Shown here: positions 17,573 through 26,414 of the stretch, in pieces | How positions within the stretch are numbered: position 1 is the stretch's first letter | How the letters are laid out: every line of letters begins with the position of its first letter | NCBI GenBank assembly: GCA_001804315.1 | Contig: MHFT01000050.1 | Location: 4,600-68,599 of the forward strand | Direction of reading: 5' to 3' | DNA length: 64,000 bases | Origin: Omnitrophica bacterium RIFCSPLOWO2_12_FULL_50_11 | GTDB taxonomy: Bacteria; Omnitrophota; Omnitrophia; Omnitrophales; Danuiimicrobiaceae | Notes under the pieces: generated by a model | Databases searched by the model: none | What the model was told of the DNA's origin: nothing | Seen by the model: only the letters and a program-made list of their open reading frames with translations | Program-made: the position numbers and the translations under genes

Positions 17573-18802
17573 TCAGTGCCTTCGCCCAAAGCGCCGCCGC
17601 GGTTTGAAACTCCGTCGGGTGGCACTAAAACCGCGGCTTCCTGTGAATGGACGGGGAGCCGGGAAAGATTCTTTGGGCAGCTCGGGATGTTCGGAAATCG
17701 GAAGCGCAACGCGCATCAACCGTTCGATAGCCCGTACTTCTTTTTCCTGCTCCGGCATGGCGAAGGATATGGCATGACCCGGATTGCCCGCTCGCCCCGT
17801 ACGTCCAATACGATGAATATAGTTTTCCGAATCTTCGGGAAGGTCGTAATTGATCACCAGCTCAATTCCCCTTACATCAATGCCGCGTGAGGCGATGTCT
17901 GTCGCTACGAGGACACGGTACCTACCGTTTCGGAAACCTTCGAGCGCCTCGCGCCGCTGGGACAGGGAGCGGTTGGAATGAATTTCCGCAGTTCGATGGC
18001 CGATGCTGCGAATCACAGCCGTGATTTTTCTCGCGCCGGCCTTGGTCCGTGAAAAAATGAGCACAGAACCGTGGTATTGCGCCAGGATTTTTTCGAGGAG
18101 CTTACGCTTGGATTCCTTGCGCACCACAAAAAGTTCGTGAGTCACTTTTTCTGCGGCGGTTCCGGATTTGGCGATTTCCACTTGTACAGGCAGCTTCATA
18201 TAAGACGCTGCAAGCCGCGTGATGGCCTCAGGCATCGTCGCAGAAAAAAGCATGGTCTGCCGGTCACGGGGTACAAACCGTAAAATTCTTTGGATCTGAG
18301 GGGCAAAACCCATGTCAAGCATCCGATCCGCCTCGTCCAGTACCAGCACATGCACGTCATTCAAAGTGACGTTGCGTTGCTCTATGTGATCGATCAGCCG
18401 GCCGGGTGTCGCGATTAAAATTCGGGGGTGATGCCTGAGTTCCTGGATTTGCAGATGCATAGAAGCCCCGCCGATCAGCACCGCCATTTTGACTTTTGGC
18501 ATTACCCTGATCAGGTGGTGATGCACTTGCACGGCCAGTTCACGGGTTGGAACAAGTACCAAGCCCCGGCCGCCGGTTTGGGCAAGGCGTTGAAGCATCG
18601 GGATACCGAAGGCGAGGGTTTTTCCCGTACCTGTTTGCGCAATGCCAATCAGATCCTTGCCCTCTAGTGCAATGGGGATGGCCTTTTGCTGAATGGGTGT
18701 GGGGGTGTGAAATCTAATGTGATGAAGCGCATCCAGGAATTGGGGTGCAATGCCCAGGTCGTAAAACCCCGATCCGGGAGGTGCCGTCAGATGTGTGGTC
18801 AT
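17573..18802 (-). CDS. DEAD-box ATP-dependent RNA helicase
   Basis: AQTGTGKT (motif I), LVLDEADRMLDMGF (DEAD), SAT, HRIGRTGRAG (motif VI), basic C-terminal tail. Confidence 0.9.
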   Translation of the reverse strand: MTTHLTAPPGSGFYDLGIAPQFLDALHHIRFHTPTPIQQKAIPIALEGKDLIGIAQTGTGKTLAFGIPMLQRLAQTGGRGLVLVPTRELAVQVHHHLIRVMPKVKMAVLIGGASMHLQIQELRHHPRILIATPGRLIDHIEQRNVTLNDVHVLVLDEADRMLDMGFAPQIQRILRFVPRDRQTMLFSATMPEAITRLAASYMKLPVQVEIAKSGTAAEKVTHELFVVRKESKRKLLEKILAQYHGSVLIFSRTKAGARKITAVIRSIGHRTAEIHSNRSLSQRREALEGFRNGRYRVLVATDIASRGIDVRGIELVINYDLPEDSENYIHRIGRTGRAGNPGHAISFAMPEQEKEVRAIERLMRVALPISEHPELPKESFPAPRPFTGSRGFSATRRSFKPRRRFGRRH

Positions 18803-18896
18803 GGCGTTAGTATAAACTTAAATCGAAGCCGGACAAAACAAAAATTACAAACACGAGATTTGGGACTGCTAATGGAAAGCCGGGACGGCCACTACA

Positions 18897-19027
18897 GTGT
18901 TTCATAAGTTCTTAACCAGGTTTGAGATTGCTTCGTCGGCCTTCGGCCTCCTCGCAAAGACGCGTCATTGCGAGCGAAGCGAAGCAATCTCAAACCTCAC
19001 GAAACCTGTCCTAAAACTTATGAAACG
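18897..19027. repeat. About 130-nt nested imperfect palindrome. Outer arms TTTCATAAGTT/AACTTATGAAA, inner arms GTTTGAGATTGCTTCG/CGAAGCAATCTCAAAC. Contains family-B motifs CCTCGCAAAGAC and GTCATTGCGAG
   Basis: Read directly from sequence. Lies between the helicase start and the maf stop. Confidence 0.75.
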
Positions 19028-19040
19028 CTGTACTACGCCT

Positions 19041-19664
19041 TTAGTGGATGGCCATTTTCGCAACGAACTCAACCTCTCTTCTGAGGACTCTTTTTTTTAT
19101 GGATCTCTTCGCAATGTTCTTGAGAATTTTCTCGACGGGAAGCCCTACGGCGTTTGAGAAGGAACCTTTCACTTCTTCAACGATACCCCTCTGACGGGAT
19201 TGGATGGCGTAAGCGCCTGCTTTATCCAACGGATTTACTTTCTGAACATAACTTTGGATGCCTCGCGCTGTGAGTCTTTTAAGGCGGACGGCGGTTTTCT
19301 CAAAAAAAACGGTTCTTTTGATAACGTGACCTCCGATGATTTTAAAAATCGCAACCCCTGTGTAAACGTAATGCCACCGGCCCTGAAGTCTTCCCAGGAT
19401 GAGGCGTGCCTCTCTTTGATTTGCGGGCTTGCCGAAAATCTTTCCGCCCAGGCAAACCACGGTGTCGGCCGCAAGAAGGGTTCCGTTTTTGACTTGCCCC
19501 GCACAGGAGTCAGCTTTCTTGACCGCATGAATTTGAACGATCCTGGAAGGCGGTGCCGTGGGCCTTCGGTCCTCTTCAAAATCCGGTTTAAGCATGCGGA
19601 AGGGAATTCCAACCCTTTTAAGAAGGGCTTTCCTTCGCGGGGAGGTTGATGCAAGATAAATCAA
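19041..19664 (-). CDS. maf: Maf-like nucleoside triphosphate pyrophosphatase (septum formation protein Maf). Start trimmed
   Basis: LIYLASTSPRRKALL, LLAADTVVCLGGKIFGKP, PLDKAGAYAIQ, VGLPV match Maf/YhdE. Confidence 0.75.
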   Translation of the reverse strand: MIYLASTSPRRKALLKRVGIPFRMLKPDFEEDRRPTAPPSRIVQIHAVKKADSCAGQVKNGTLLAADTVVCLGGKIFGKPANQREARLILGRLQGRWHYVYTGVAIFKIIGGHVIKRTVFFEKTAVRLKRLTARGIQSYVQKVNPLDKAGAYAIQSRQRGIVEEVKGSFSNAVGLPVEKILKNIAKRSIKKRVLRREVEFVAKMAIH

Positions 19665-20956
19665 GGAAGAAGACTCCGTGCCGCGCTTCGTCCCGCCACG
19701 GCCCCTGTGCTCCAAGACCATTGGAAATTAAATCCGCCGATGCGGCCGTCCACATCCAGGATTTCACCTGCAAAGTAAAGTCCGCTTACGAGTTTGGATT
19801 CCATGGTGGCGGCTTTTATCTCTTTAAGGTCCACGCCTCCCGCCGTCACTTCCGCCTTCTTGTAACCAAAAACGCTTTCTGCTTCCAGCGGATAATGAAG
19901 CAGGAAGCGGATCAGCCGCTTTTGGTTTTCGTTTGAAAAATTTTCAATCGACCGGGCTTCGCCGAGGGCGATTTTTTTAAGAAGCGTTTCGACGAACCGA
20001 GCGGGGAGTGAAAATTCCTTCGCGAGAAGATTCCTTACGAGTTTCTGGGGACGTGTCTTTTTCGCCGATTGAAAAGCTGCTTGAAGCGACTCGTCATTTT
20101 CCTCCGGAAGGAAACTGGCCCTGATTTCTGGATTTTCCTCCCTCTTGGCACTTGCCAAATGCCTGCTGATATTAAGTGCCGCGGGCCCGCTGAAACCAAA
20201 ATGCGTGAATAAAAAGGAGTCGCAGTACGCACAGACTTTTTTGCCGTTTCTAAAAAATGAAAGTTTTGCGTCAAGCGAAACACCGCTGAGACTTTTCCAA
20301 TCGGATTCATTCGTCAGGAGCGGTGTCAGCGCAGGAAAGGTATTCAAAAGGGTATGCCCGAAACCTTCAGCTATTCCGTAACCCGTGCCGTCACTCCCTG
20401 TGGCCGGATAAGAAAGACCCCCCGTCGCCAAGATGACCTTCCGCGCGCAAACAGCATCAGGACCCTCCGAACTTCTGAGATGAAACAAATCGCCTTCTTT
20501 TTTGATGGCCGTAATACGAGTACCTTTTTTCCACACAACCCCGAGCCGGTCCGTTTCCTTTAGAAGTGCCTCTAACACAGTTTTTGCGGAATGCGTCACG
20601 GGAAAGTATTTTCCACCAGTTTCACAAACGACCTTCACGCCGATTCCTTCAAAGAATTGGATGGTTTCTTGAGGGGTGAAGGCTTCGAAGACGTGTTTGA
20701 CAAAATGACTCGGACCTCCTTCGAAATCGGAGGGTCTCACTTCTTGGTTGGTGATATTGCACCGCGTCCCGCCCGACATGAGGATCTTTGCGCCGAGGGT
20801 GAGGCGCCCATCCAGAAGAAGAATGTTGAGCGGCACGCCGCGGGCCCGGGCGGTTCTTCCCGCCCAAATCGCGGTCATGAGCCCTGCCGCACCCGCTCCA
20901 ACGATGGCAATGCTAACGGGACTCTCTTCCACGGCGGAAATAGGGTACGGATTCAA
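19661..20956 (-). CDS. HI0933/BaiN-family NAD(FAD)-utilising flavoprotein
   Basis: N-terminal dinucleotide fold IAIVGAGAAGLMTAI; length and C-terminal GG...FAGE motif fit the aminoacetone-oxidase-like family. Confidence 0.7.
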   Translation of the reverse strand: MNPYPISAVEESPVSIAIVGAGAAGLMTAIWAGRTARARGVPLNILLLDGRLTLGAKILMSGGTRCNITNQEVRPSDFEGGPSHFVKHVFEAFTPQETIQFFEGIGVKVVCETGGKYFPVTHSAKTVLEALLKETDRLGVVWKKGTRITAIKKEGDLFHLRSSEGPDAVCARKVILATGGLSYPATGSDGTGYGIAEGFGHTLLNTFPALTPLLTNESDWKSLSGVSLDAKLSFFRNGKKVCAYCDSFLFTHFGFSGPAALNISRHLASAKREENPEIRASFLPEENDESLQAAFQSAKKTRPQKLVRNLLAKEFSLPARFVETLLKKIALGEARSIENFSNENQKRLIRFLLHYPLEAESVFGYKKAEVTAGGVDLKEIKAATMESKLVSGLYFAGEILDVDGRIGGFNFQWSWSTGAVAGRSAARSLLP

Positions 20957-21227
20957 TCAAGGCAAGTTTCTTTGCCTTGGGTAAGGCCTTCACAAAACAT
21001 TCGCGGACGAGGGCGTCGGTTCTCGTTTTGCAGGTTTCCTGATAAACCATCTCAAGCGGCTGCCGGGTTCGTGTGTAACGCGCCGCTTTTCCCTCCGCGT
21101 GCATTTTGAAGCGTCTTTCAATATCTCTCGTGATCCCGGTGTAAAGCGAACGGTCGCCGCATTTCAAAATGTAGAGAAACCATTTTCCGCTTCGCTTTTT
21201 CCGGGATTTTTTCTCTTTTGCCTGCAT
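20913..21227 (-). CDS. GIY-YIG nuclease superfamily protein (YhbQ/UPF0213-like). Start trimmed to MQAKEK
   Basis: WFLYILKCGDRSLYTGITRDIERRFKMH...; GIY-YIG core with the catalytic Arg. Confidence 0.6.
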   Translation of the reverse strand: MQAKEKKSRKKRSGKWFLYILKCGDRSLYTGITRDIERRFKMHAEGKAARYTRTRQPLEMVYQETCKTRTDALVRECFVKALPKAKKLALIESVPYFRRGRESR

Positions 21228-21289
21228 CCGTTCCAGCATTTGTTTGTACCGGTGTTTCATGTCGCGGGCCCTTGTTTAAAAGCACGGAT

Positions 21290-23146
21290 TTAATGTGTCA
21301 TCTTATCTGACCCCTTGATCGGCCTGTTCCGTGATTGACGCTTGCGCTCGTTTTCGGTCAGGTATCGTTTGCGCAGACGGATATTTTTCGGTGTGATCTC
21401 CACAAGTTCATCTTTTTCAATAAACTCCAAAGCGAATTCCAATGTCATTGCACGTGGCGCAATCAACTGAATCGCTTCGTCCGATCCTGAGGCACGCATG
21501 TTGGTCAGCTTCTTTTCTCGGATGGCATTCACAACCAAATCATGTCCTTTATGGTTGACGCCCACGATCATTCCCTCATAAAGATCGTCGCCGGGCCTTA
21601 CGAAAATCTCTCCGCGTTCCTGAAGACCCCAAAGCGCGTAAGCAACCGCCTTGCCAGTAGTTTGTGAAACGAGCACTCCCCACCGGCGTTTAGGCAAGGA
21701 ACCTTTAAACTTTTGATACTCGTAAAAGTTTTGATACATGACCCCCGTGCCGCGCGTCATCGTTAGAAATTCTCCCCGAAAACCAATGAGGGCCCGCGAC
21801 GGAATAAGAAACGCGAGACGAATCGCTGCTGCCTTACTGTGTTGCATATCTTTAAGTTCGGCTTTGCGGCTCCCAAGAGCCTGAATCACTACTCCCTGAT
21901 AACCGGGATCCACTTCCATGGTGATTTCCTCAACCGGCTCAAGCGTCTCGCCTTCGGCCTCCTTCAGAATCACCTGCGGCTGTGAAACTTCCAGCTCATA
22001 ACCTTCACGACGCATCGTCTCAATCAAAATAGAAAGGTGGAGTTCCCCTCGTCCTGAAATTTTAAACCGCTCGCTCCCCTCCACGGTTTCGACCCTGATG
22101 CCCACATTCATCATCGCCTCATGTTCAAGCCGCTCACGGATGTGGCGCGAGGTCAGAAACCGCCCGCCGTCTTTGCCGGCAAGGGGGCTCGTGTTATGCG
22201 AAAAGTACATAGACATCGTAGGTTCATCAATTTTAATGAACGCAAGCGCCTTGGGGTTTTCCGGGCTTGCGAACGTCTCACCGACTTTGACGTTTTCCGC
22301 CCCAGCGATGGAGACGATGTCACCGGCCAGGGCTTCGGCTGTCTCGAATCTCTTAAGGCCTTGGTGTTTCAGAATTTTGGTAACGTGGGCCCGCTCGAGC
22401 AAACCGTCGCGTTTGACAACCACAAAAGGATCGCCGATCTTCACCCTGCCGTGGAATATCCGGCCGGTCGCGATGCGACCCACATAGGAATCACAGTCAA
22501 GCATCGTTACCAACATTTGAAACGTCTCGTCGGTGTCGGCCACAGGCGGAAGCACTCGGTGCAGGATGGTCTCTAGGAGCGGCTTCATGTCCGGACTCTT
22601 TTGCTCAAGATCAAGCGTAGCCCACCCCTCCGTGGCCGAGGCATAAACCACCGGAAAATCCAGTTGTTCGTCAGTCGCATTGAGTTCGCAGAACAGGTCA
22701 AAGGTCATATCCGTTACTTCATGCGGCCGGGCATTTGGACGATCGACTTTGTTGACCACAAGAATGGGTTTTAGGTGCAGCTCTAAACACTTACGCAAAA
22801 CAAATTTGGTCTGCGGCATGGGTCCGTCAAAGGCGTCGACTAAGAGCAAAACGCCTTCTACCATACGGAGGATGCGCTCTACCTCACTGCCAAAATCCGC
22901 GTGGCCGGGTGTGTCGACAATGTTAAATTGTACGCCCCGATATCGAAAGGACGCGTTCTTAGAGAAAATGGTGATGCCGCGTTCACGCTCAAGGACATTG
23001 GAATCCATAATCGTCGTCTCGCCCTTTTTGAAGTCGTAAGCGCCCGTCTGCTTCAGCAGCGCATCGACCAGCGTGGTTTTCCCATGGTCGACATGCGCAA
23101 CGATTGCAACATTGCGTATTTCTTTGCGTCTTTTGAGTTGATGCAT
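21290..23146 (-). CDS. typA: Translational GTPase TypA/BipA. Start trimmed to [12 protein letters not shown]; the ORF track extends it 67 aa upstream
   Basis: [52 protein letters not shown] are BipA-specific (LepA has DHGKSTL). Five-domain length of about 618 aa. Confidence 0.85.
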   Translation of the reverse strand: MHQLKRRKEIRNVAIVAHVDHGKTTLVDALLKQTGAYDFKKGETTIMDSNVLERERGITIFSKNASFRYRGVQFNIVDTPGHADFGSEVERILRMVEGVLLLVDAFDGPMPQTKFVLRKCLELHLKPILVVNKVDRPNARPHEVTDMTFDLFCELNATDEQLDFPVVYASATEGWATLDLEQKSPDMKPLLETILHRVLPPVADTDETFQMLVTMLDCDSYVGRIATGRIFHGRVKIGDPFVVVKRDGLLERAHVTKILKHQGLKRFETAEALAGDIVSIAGAENVKVGETFASPENPKALAFIKIDEPTMSMYFSHNTSPLAGKDGGRFLTSRHIRERLEHEAMMNVGIRVETVEGSERFKISGRGELHLSILIETMRREGYELEVSQPQVILKEAEGETLEPVEEITMEVDPGYQGVVIQALGSRKAELKDMQHSKAAAIRLAFLIPSRALIGFRGEFLTMTRGTGVMYQNFYEYQKFKGSLPKRRWGVLVSQTTGKAVAYALWGLQERGEIFVRPGDDLYEGMIVGVNHKGHDLVVNAIREKKLTNMRASGSDEAIQLIAPRAMTLEFALEFIEKDELVEITPKNIRLRKRYLTENERKRQSRNRPIKGSDKMTH

Positions 23147-23273
23147 AAGGGAAAAGGGGTTCCATCGCCCCGTGCCGATGGGCTCTATGATAACTCGGGT
23201 TTGAGAAATCTCTTCCCTAACGGAAATGGAAACGTACTTTATCCGTTGGACCCTATTGTGCCCCTCGCGGTTT

Positions 23274-23368
23274 CCCGTGGATTCCCCACGGGCAGAGCCC
23301 GTGGCACTAAAACTCCCACGCGCTCCGCGCGGTTTCTCGCCATTCACCCACGGGCTCAGCCCGTGGAA
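23274..23368. repeat. Cluster of four consecutive short GC-rich hairpins plus direct repeat CGCGGTTTC, in the typA 5' region
   Basis: CCCGTGGATTCCCCACGGG, CACGGGCAGAGCCCGTG, CGCGCTCCGCGCG, CCACGGGCTCAGCCCGTGG. Confidence 0.7.
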
Positions 23369-23432
23369 CTCAAAGCGGCGATTAGAGGGTCAATCTGAAG
23401 GTAGGCGAAAAATGAAGAGAAACCTTCCCTTT

Positions 23433-23600
23433 TTAGCGGCTGCTATCCTTGCGCTTTGCGAAGCACTCCTTGCAGTAGACCGGGCGGTTTCCGCTGGGTC
23501 TAAAAGGTACTTCGCACTCTTTCTGGCAGTCTGCGCAAACCGCCTTGAACATTTCCCTTGGTCTTCCGCCGAATCCACCACCACCTTGCTGAAATGCCAT
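23433..23600 (-). CDS. Small 55-aa glycine-rich zinc-ribbon protein (CxxC-x17-CxxC), absent from the ORF track
   Basis: MAFQQGGGGFGGRPREMFKAVCADCQKECEVPFRPSGNRPVYCKECFAKRKDSSR. Perfect SD AAGGAGG sits 9 nt upstream of the ATG at 23600. Confidence 0.6.
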   Translation of the reverse strand: MAFQQGGGGFGGRPREMFKAVCADCQKECEVPFRPSGNRPVYCKECFAKRKDSSR

Positions 23601-23978
23601 CTATAGTTCCTCCTTTTGGTTTACATAAGCTACTGAACACCTTCCAAATATCGTCCGTATTTGTACGATACTGAAGTGGCTCCCCGGCGAACACTCCAAA
23701 ACGTCCGGATACCAAGTCGCCAAGGGCGCCTGGAAGATCCGAGAATCTACGCCTCATTCTGAGCCGGAGATCTTTCGCCCCTTTCCGCCTCCGCCTCCGC
23801 CGGAGGACAGATGCGCCTCTGGCGCAAGAGGACGGATTCGTCCTTCGGCGAAAAACAGAGCGGCGGACCCGCCACGTTCTTTGGCGGGCGGGGCTCAGCA
23901 TGACGTCCGAAGGGGCCTCAGTAGGATGACGGAATAGCGTTGCCGTATGAACTCACATGCACCCTCAACAGACAAATT

Positions 23979-24009
23979 CCTTACAAAAAATGTAAGGTTC
24001 TTGTAGAAT
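23979..24009 (+). promoter_or_regulatory. Candidate sigma-70 promoter (TTACAA-17-TAGAAT) directly upstream of multi-hairpin element copy 1. Alternatively a 7-bp hairpin CCTTACA-AAAAA-TGTAAGG
   Basis: TTACAA 23981-23986, TAGAAT 24004-24009. Confidence 0.3.
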
Positions 24010-24017
24010 GAGTTGCT

Positions 24018-24271
24018 TTTAGTCCGGTTTTCTCATCAATTTGGCGGATTGATGAGAAAACCGCTTTGGACGCACGAAGTTGCGTCCACATGCACGCACG
24101 GGATGATCGACATCCCGGCGTGCAGTGCTGGCCCATAAAGGGCCGGCAAAGTTTTGCGCCCCTCTCAAAATGGGGCGCAAAAGACAACCCCTGTGGTACA
24201 AATGGACAAGCCCATTTGCACCACAGCCTCTTCGAGGGCATTTCTCATTGGCGATGAGAAATGCGGGTTAG
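24018..24271 (+). repeat. Multi-hairpin element copy 1 (254 bp). Seven consecutive perfect hairpins; includes a 59-nt insertion relative to copy 2
   Basis: Hairpins GGTTTTCTCATCAAT/ATTGATGAGAAAACC, TGGACGCA/TGCGTCCA, (insert CACGCACGGGATG/CATCCCGGCGTG, GGCCC/GGGCC), TTTTGCGCCCC/GGGGCGCAAAA, CTGTGGTACAAATGG/CCATTTGCACCACAG, GCATTTCTCAT/ATGAGAAATGC. About 95% identical to 46343-46536. Confidence 0.85.
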
Positions 24272-24349
24272 CTCCTGGCTACGAAGCGAATTTGAAACAC
24301 AAATTCATTCCCCAAGAAGGTTTGACAGGCATCGACCTACGGAAACCAG

Positions 24350-25243
24350 GTGCGAATCGAATCGATCGGTGAATTCGGTCTCATACGCTTGATTCAAGGG
24401 TGGCTCAACCAGCACATCCTGGATGATACCGCTGTCCTTCCGGCTCCAAGCGGCCGGAATCAATTGCTGACGATCGATACTTTGGTAGAGGGGGTCGACT
24501 TTCTGAGGGGAAGGGCAACGCCTGAACAACTAGGCTGGAAGGCGCTTGCGGTGAGCTTAAGCGATATCGCGGCCATGGGCGGGAAGCCAGAAGCAGCAGT
24601 GATTAGTCTGACGCTTCCCAGGCGGACACCGGTTCGGTTTGTCAGGAAATTTTATGACGGACTGCAAAAATTGGCGCGACGCTTCCAAGTTGCTCTGGTG
24701 GGCGGGGACCTTTCACGCGGTTCGAAGCTAAGTTGTTCCGTAGCCGTACTGGGTGAAGCCGGGCGCAAGCGAACCATTTTTCGGACCGGTGCCAAGGTTG
24801 GTGATTTCATCTGCGTCACAGGGCGGCTGGGGGGCTCCATTCTAGGCCGGCATTTGACTTTTATGCCGCGCATTAAGGAGGGACAGTTTCTCGCGAGAGG
24901 CGGCGTTCATTCGATGATCGATGTATCGGATGGTCTTGTCCAGGACCTGAATCATTTGCTTTCACAAGGAAAATTAGCCTATGCATTGGACGAGACTCAG
25001 ATACCGGTCACCCCCGCGGCACGAAAGCTGGCTCGGGGAAATTTCAAGAAGACCTTGGCACATGCTCTCACTGATGGTGAGGATTTCGAACTTCTCTTTA
25101 CGATCTCTCCGCGCCAGTTTCGTAAACTCCAGCCGCTTTGGAAGCGACGTTTCCGAACTCCAGTGTCGGTGATCGGCCGTGTGATTCGAAGACCCAAAGG
25201 GTGGAAAGCACCACAGGGGAGATGCGGTTTTCGACATTTTTAA
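24350..25243 (+). CDS. thiL: Thiamine-monophosphate kinase
   Basis: AIR-synthase-related fold. GEFGLIRLI N-terminus, DDTAVL, VKTDTL-like region, GGDLSRG. Confidence 0.75.
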   Translation: MRIESIGEFGLIRLIQGWLNQHILDDTAVLPAPSGRNQLLTIDTLVEGVDFLRGRATPEQLGWKALAVSLSDIAAMGGKPEAAVISLTLPRRTPVRFVRKFYDGLQKLARRFQVALVGGDLSRGSKLSCSVAVLGEAGRKRTIFRTGAKVGDFICVTGRLGGSILGRHLTFMPRIKEGQFLARGGVHSMIDVSDGLVQDLNHLLSQGKLAYALDETQIPVTPAARKLARGNFKKTLAHALTDGEDFELLFTISPRQFRKLQPLWKRRFRTPVSVIGRVIRRPKGWKAPQGRCGFRHF

Positions 25244-25261
25244 TACGAGGAGCACTAAAAA

Positions 25262-25726
25262 GTGACGAAAGCGGTTAAGGAAAGCCGTTTCGATGTTCAA
25301 AAATGGAAAAGCCGTTCGGTTGACGAAACGCTTCGGTGGGGAACTTCCATCGCTCGCAACCTCAAACCTGGCACGTGTCTTGCCTTAGTCGGTCCCTTGG
25401 GCAGCGGAAAAACAGTTTTTGTCAAGGGGATCGGTCGCGGGCTTGGCATTGCGGATCGCAGCGAAATCCGGAGCCCGAGCTTTGTCCTTTTCCACAGGTA
25501 CACAGGACCTGTTTCCCTCCACCATTTCGATTTTTACAGACTGGATGCAGAATCTGACCTGGAACGAATCGGGATCTACGAGTTTCTTTTCAATTCGAAT
25601 GCGGTTTCGGTCATTGAGTGGGCAGACCGTATACCGGAGGTACTTCAAAGAGCTCATCTACGGATTGATCTATCCATCACTGGTGAAACGAGCCGAACAA
25701 TTCGCGCACAAAGCAATGAAAGATGA
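25262..25726 (+). CDS. tsaE: tRNA t6A37 threonylcarbamoyladenosine biosynthesis ATPase TsaE
   Basis: P-loop LVGPLGSGKTVFVKGIGRGLGI, FVLFHRY, YRLD. Confidence 0.8.
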   Translation: MTKAVKESRFDVQKWKSRSVDETLRWGTSIARNLKPGTCLALVGPLGSGKTVFVKGIGRGLGIADRSEIRSPSFVLFHRYTGPVSLHHFDFYRLDAESDLERIGIYEFLFNSNAVSVIEWADRIPEVLQRAHLRIDLSITGETSRTIRAQSNER

Positions 25727-26414
25727 AAACAATATTCTCGCGATTGACACATCTTCCAAAGTGCTCTCTGTGGCCATCCGGTCTGGTTCGAAGGCCGTCT
25801 CGGAGCGGAACTTAGAAGGCACGCCGCGTCATTCTGAACAGCTGATCGATGAGATTGAACACGGCCTGAAGGTTCTCAAGCTCAAAAAAGAGGATCTCAC
25901 GCATCTGATTTGGGGACTTGGCCCAGGCTCCTTTACGGGTTTGAGGATCGGCTTTTCCATTTTGAAAGGGCTGCATCTGGGACTAAATCGCCGGATGGCA
26001 CTTGGTGCTTCTAGTCTGGACGTCATTGCCTTTGGATGCGGGCTCGCGAGCGGGACACTCGCGGTTTGTGTCGATGCGAGGCGTGAGCGGATTTATACCT
26101 CCCTTTATCGATTTCAACATGGCGCCATGATGCGCGAGGCCGGCGACGCTCTTTTTTCAGCAGATGAGTTGTTGGACCGCGTCGACGGAGAAACGGTCTT
26201 CGTTGGTGATGCGCTTCTTGCTTATGGAGACGTGATTCGCAAGAAAGTCGGTATGCAAGCTGTATTCTTAAATCCAATTTTTTGGTATCCAAGAGCCGTT
26301 TCGTTAATCCGCTTGTGGGAAGAGAAAGAGGAGTGGCTTGAACCGCTCTCGCTGCGGACGATGATACCCCGCTATTTAAGACGTTCCGAAGCGGAGGAGA
26401 AAATCAGTGGTTGA
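25716..26414 (+). CDS. tsaB: tRNA t6A37 biosynthesis protein TsaB (inactive Kae1/YeaZ paralog). Start trimmed to MKDENNIL
   Basis: ILAIDTSSKVLSVAI, GPGSFTGLRIGFS; follows tsaE. Confidence 0.75.
   Translation: MKDENNILAIDTSSKVLSVAIRSGSKAVSERNLEGTPRHSEQLIDEIEHGLKVLKLKKEDLTHLIWGLGPGSFTGLRIGFSILKGLHLGLNRRMALGASSLDVIAFGCGLASGTLAVCVDARRERIYTSLYRFQHGAMMREAGDALFSADELLDRVDGETVFVGDALLAYGDVIRKKVGMQAVFLNPIFWYPRAVSLIRLWEEKEEWLEPLSLRTMIPRYLRRSEAEEKISG

Noticed and set aside
21290-23347. Possible LepA (EF4) identity and a 685-aa length for the GTPase
   Set aside because: The G1 motif reads DHGKTTL and the surrounding sequence matches TypA/BipA, not LepA (DHGKSTL). The first 67 codons of the ORF run through the hairpin cluster. 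Start moved to [12 protein letters not shown].
23500-23901. 133-aa Arg-rich minus-strand ORF, and the similar low-complexity ORFs 3735..4106 (-) and 23226..23606 (+)
   Set aside because: Low-complexity composition. They overlap the well-supported zinc-ribbon gene or repeat-filled spacers in other frames. No motifs were found.
23981-24372. ORF-track entries inside multi-hairpin copy 1 (23981..24241 -, 24019..24201 -, 24154..24372 +) and their counterparts in copy 2 (46312..46506 -, 46374..46565 +)
   Set aside because: They are duplicated only because the DNA repeat is duplicated. Their starts and ends are not conserved between copies, and the sequence is nearly all perfect hairpins. Treated as non-coding.
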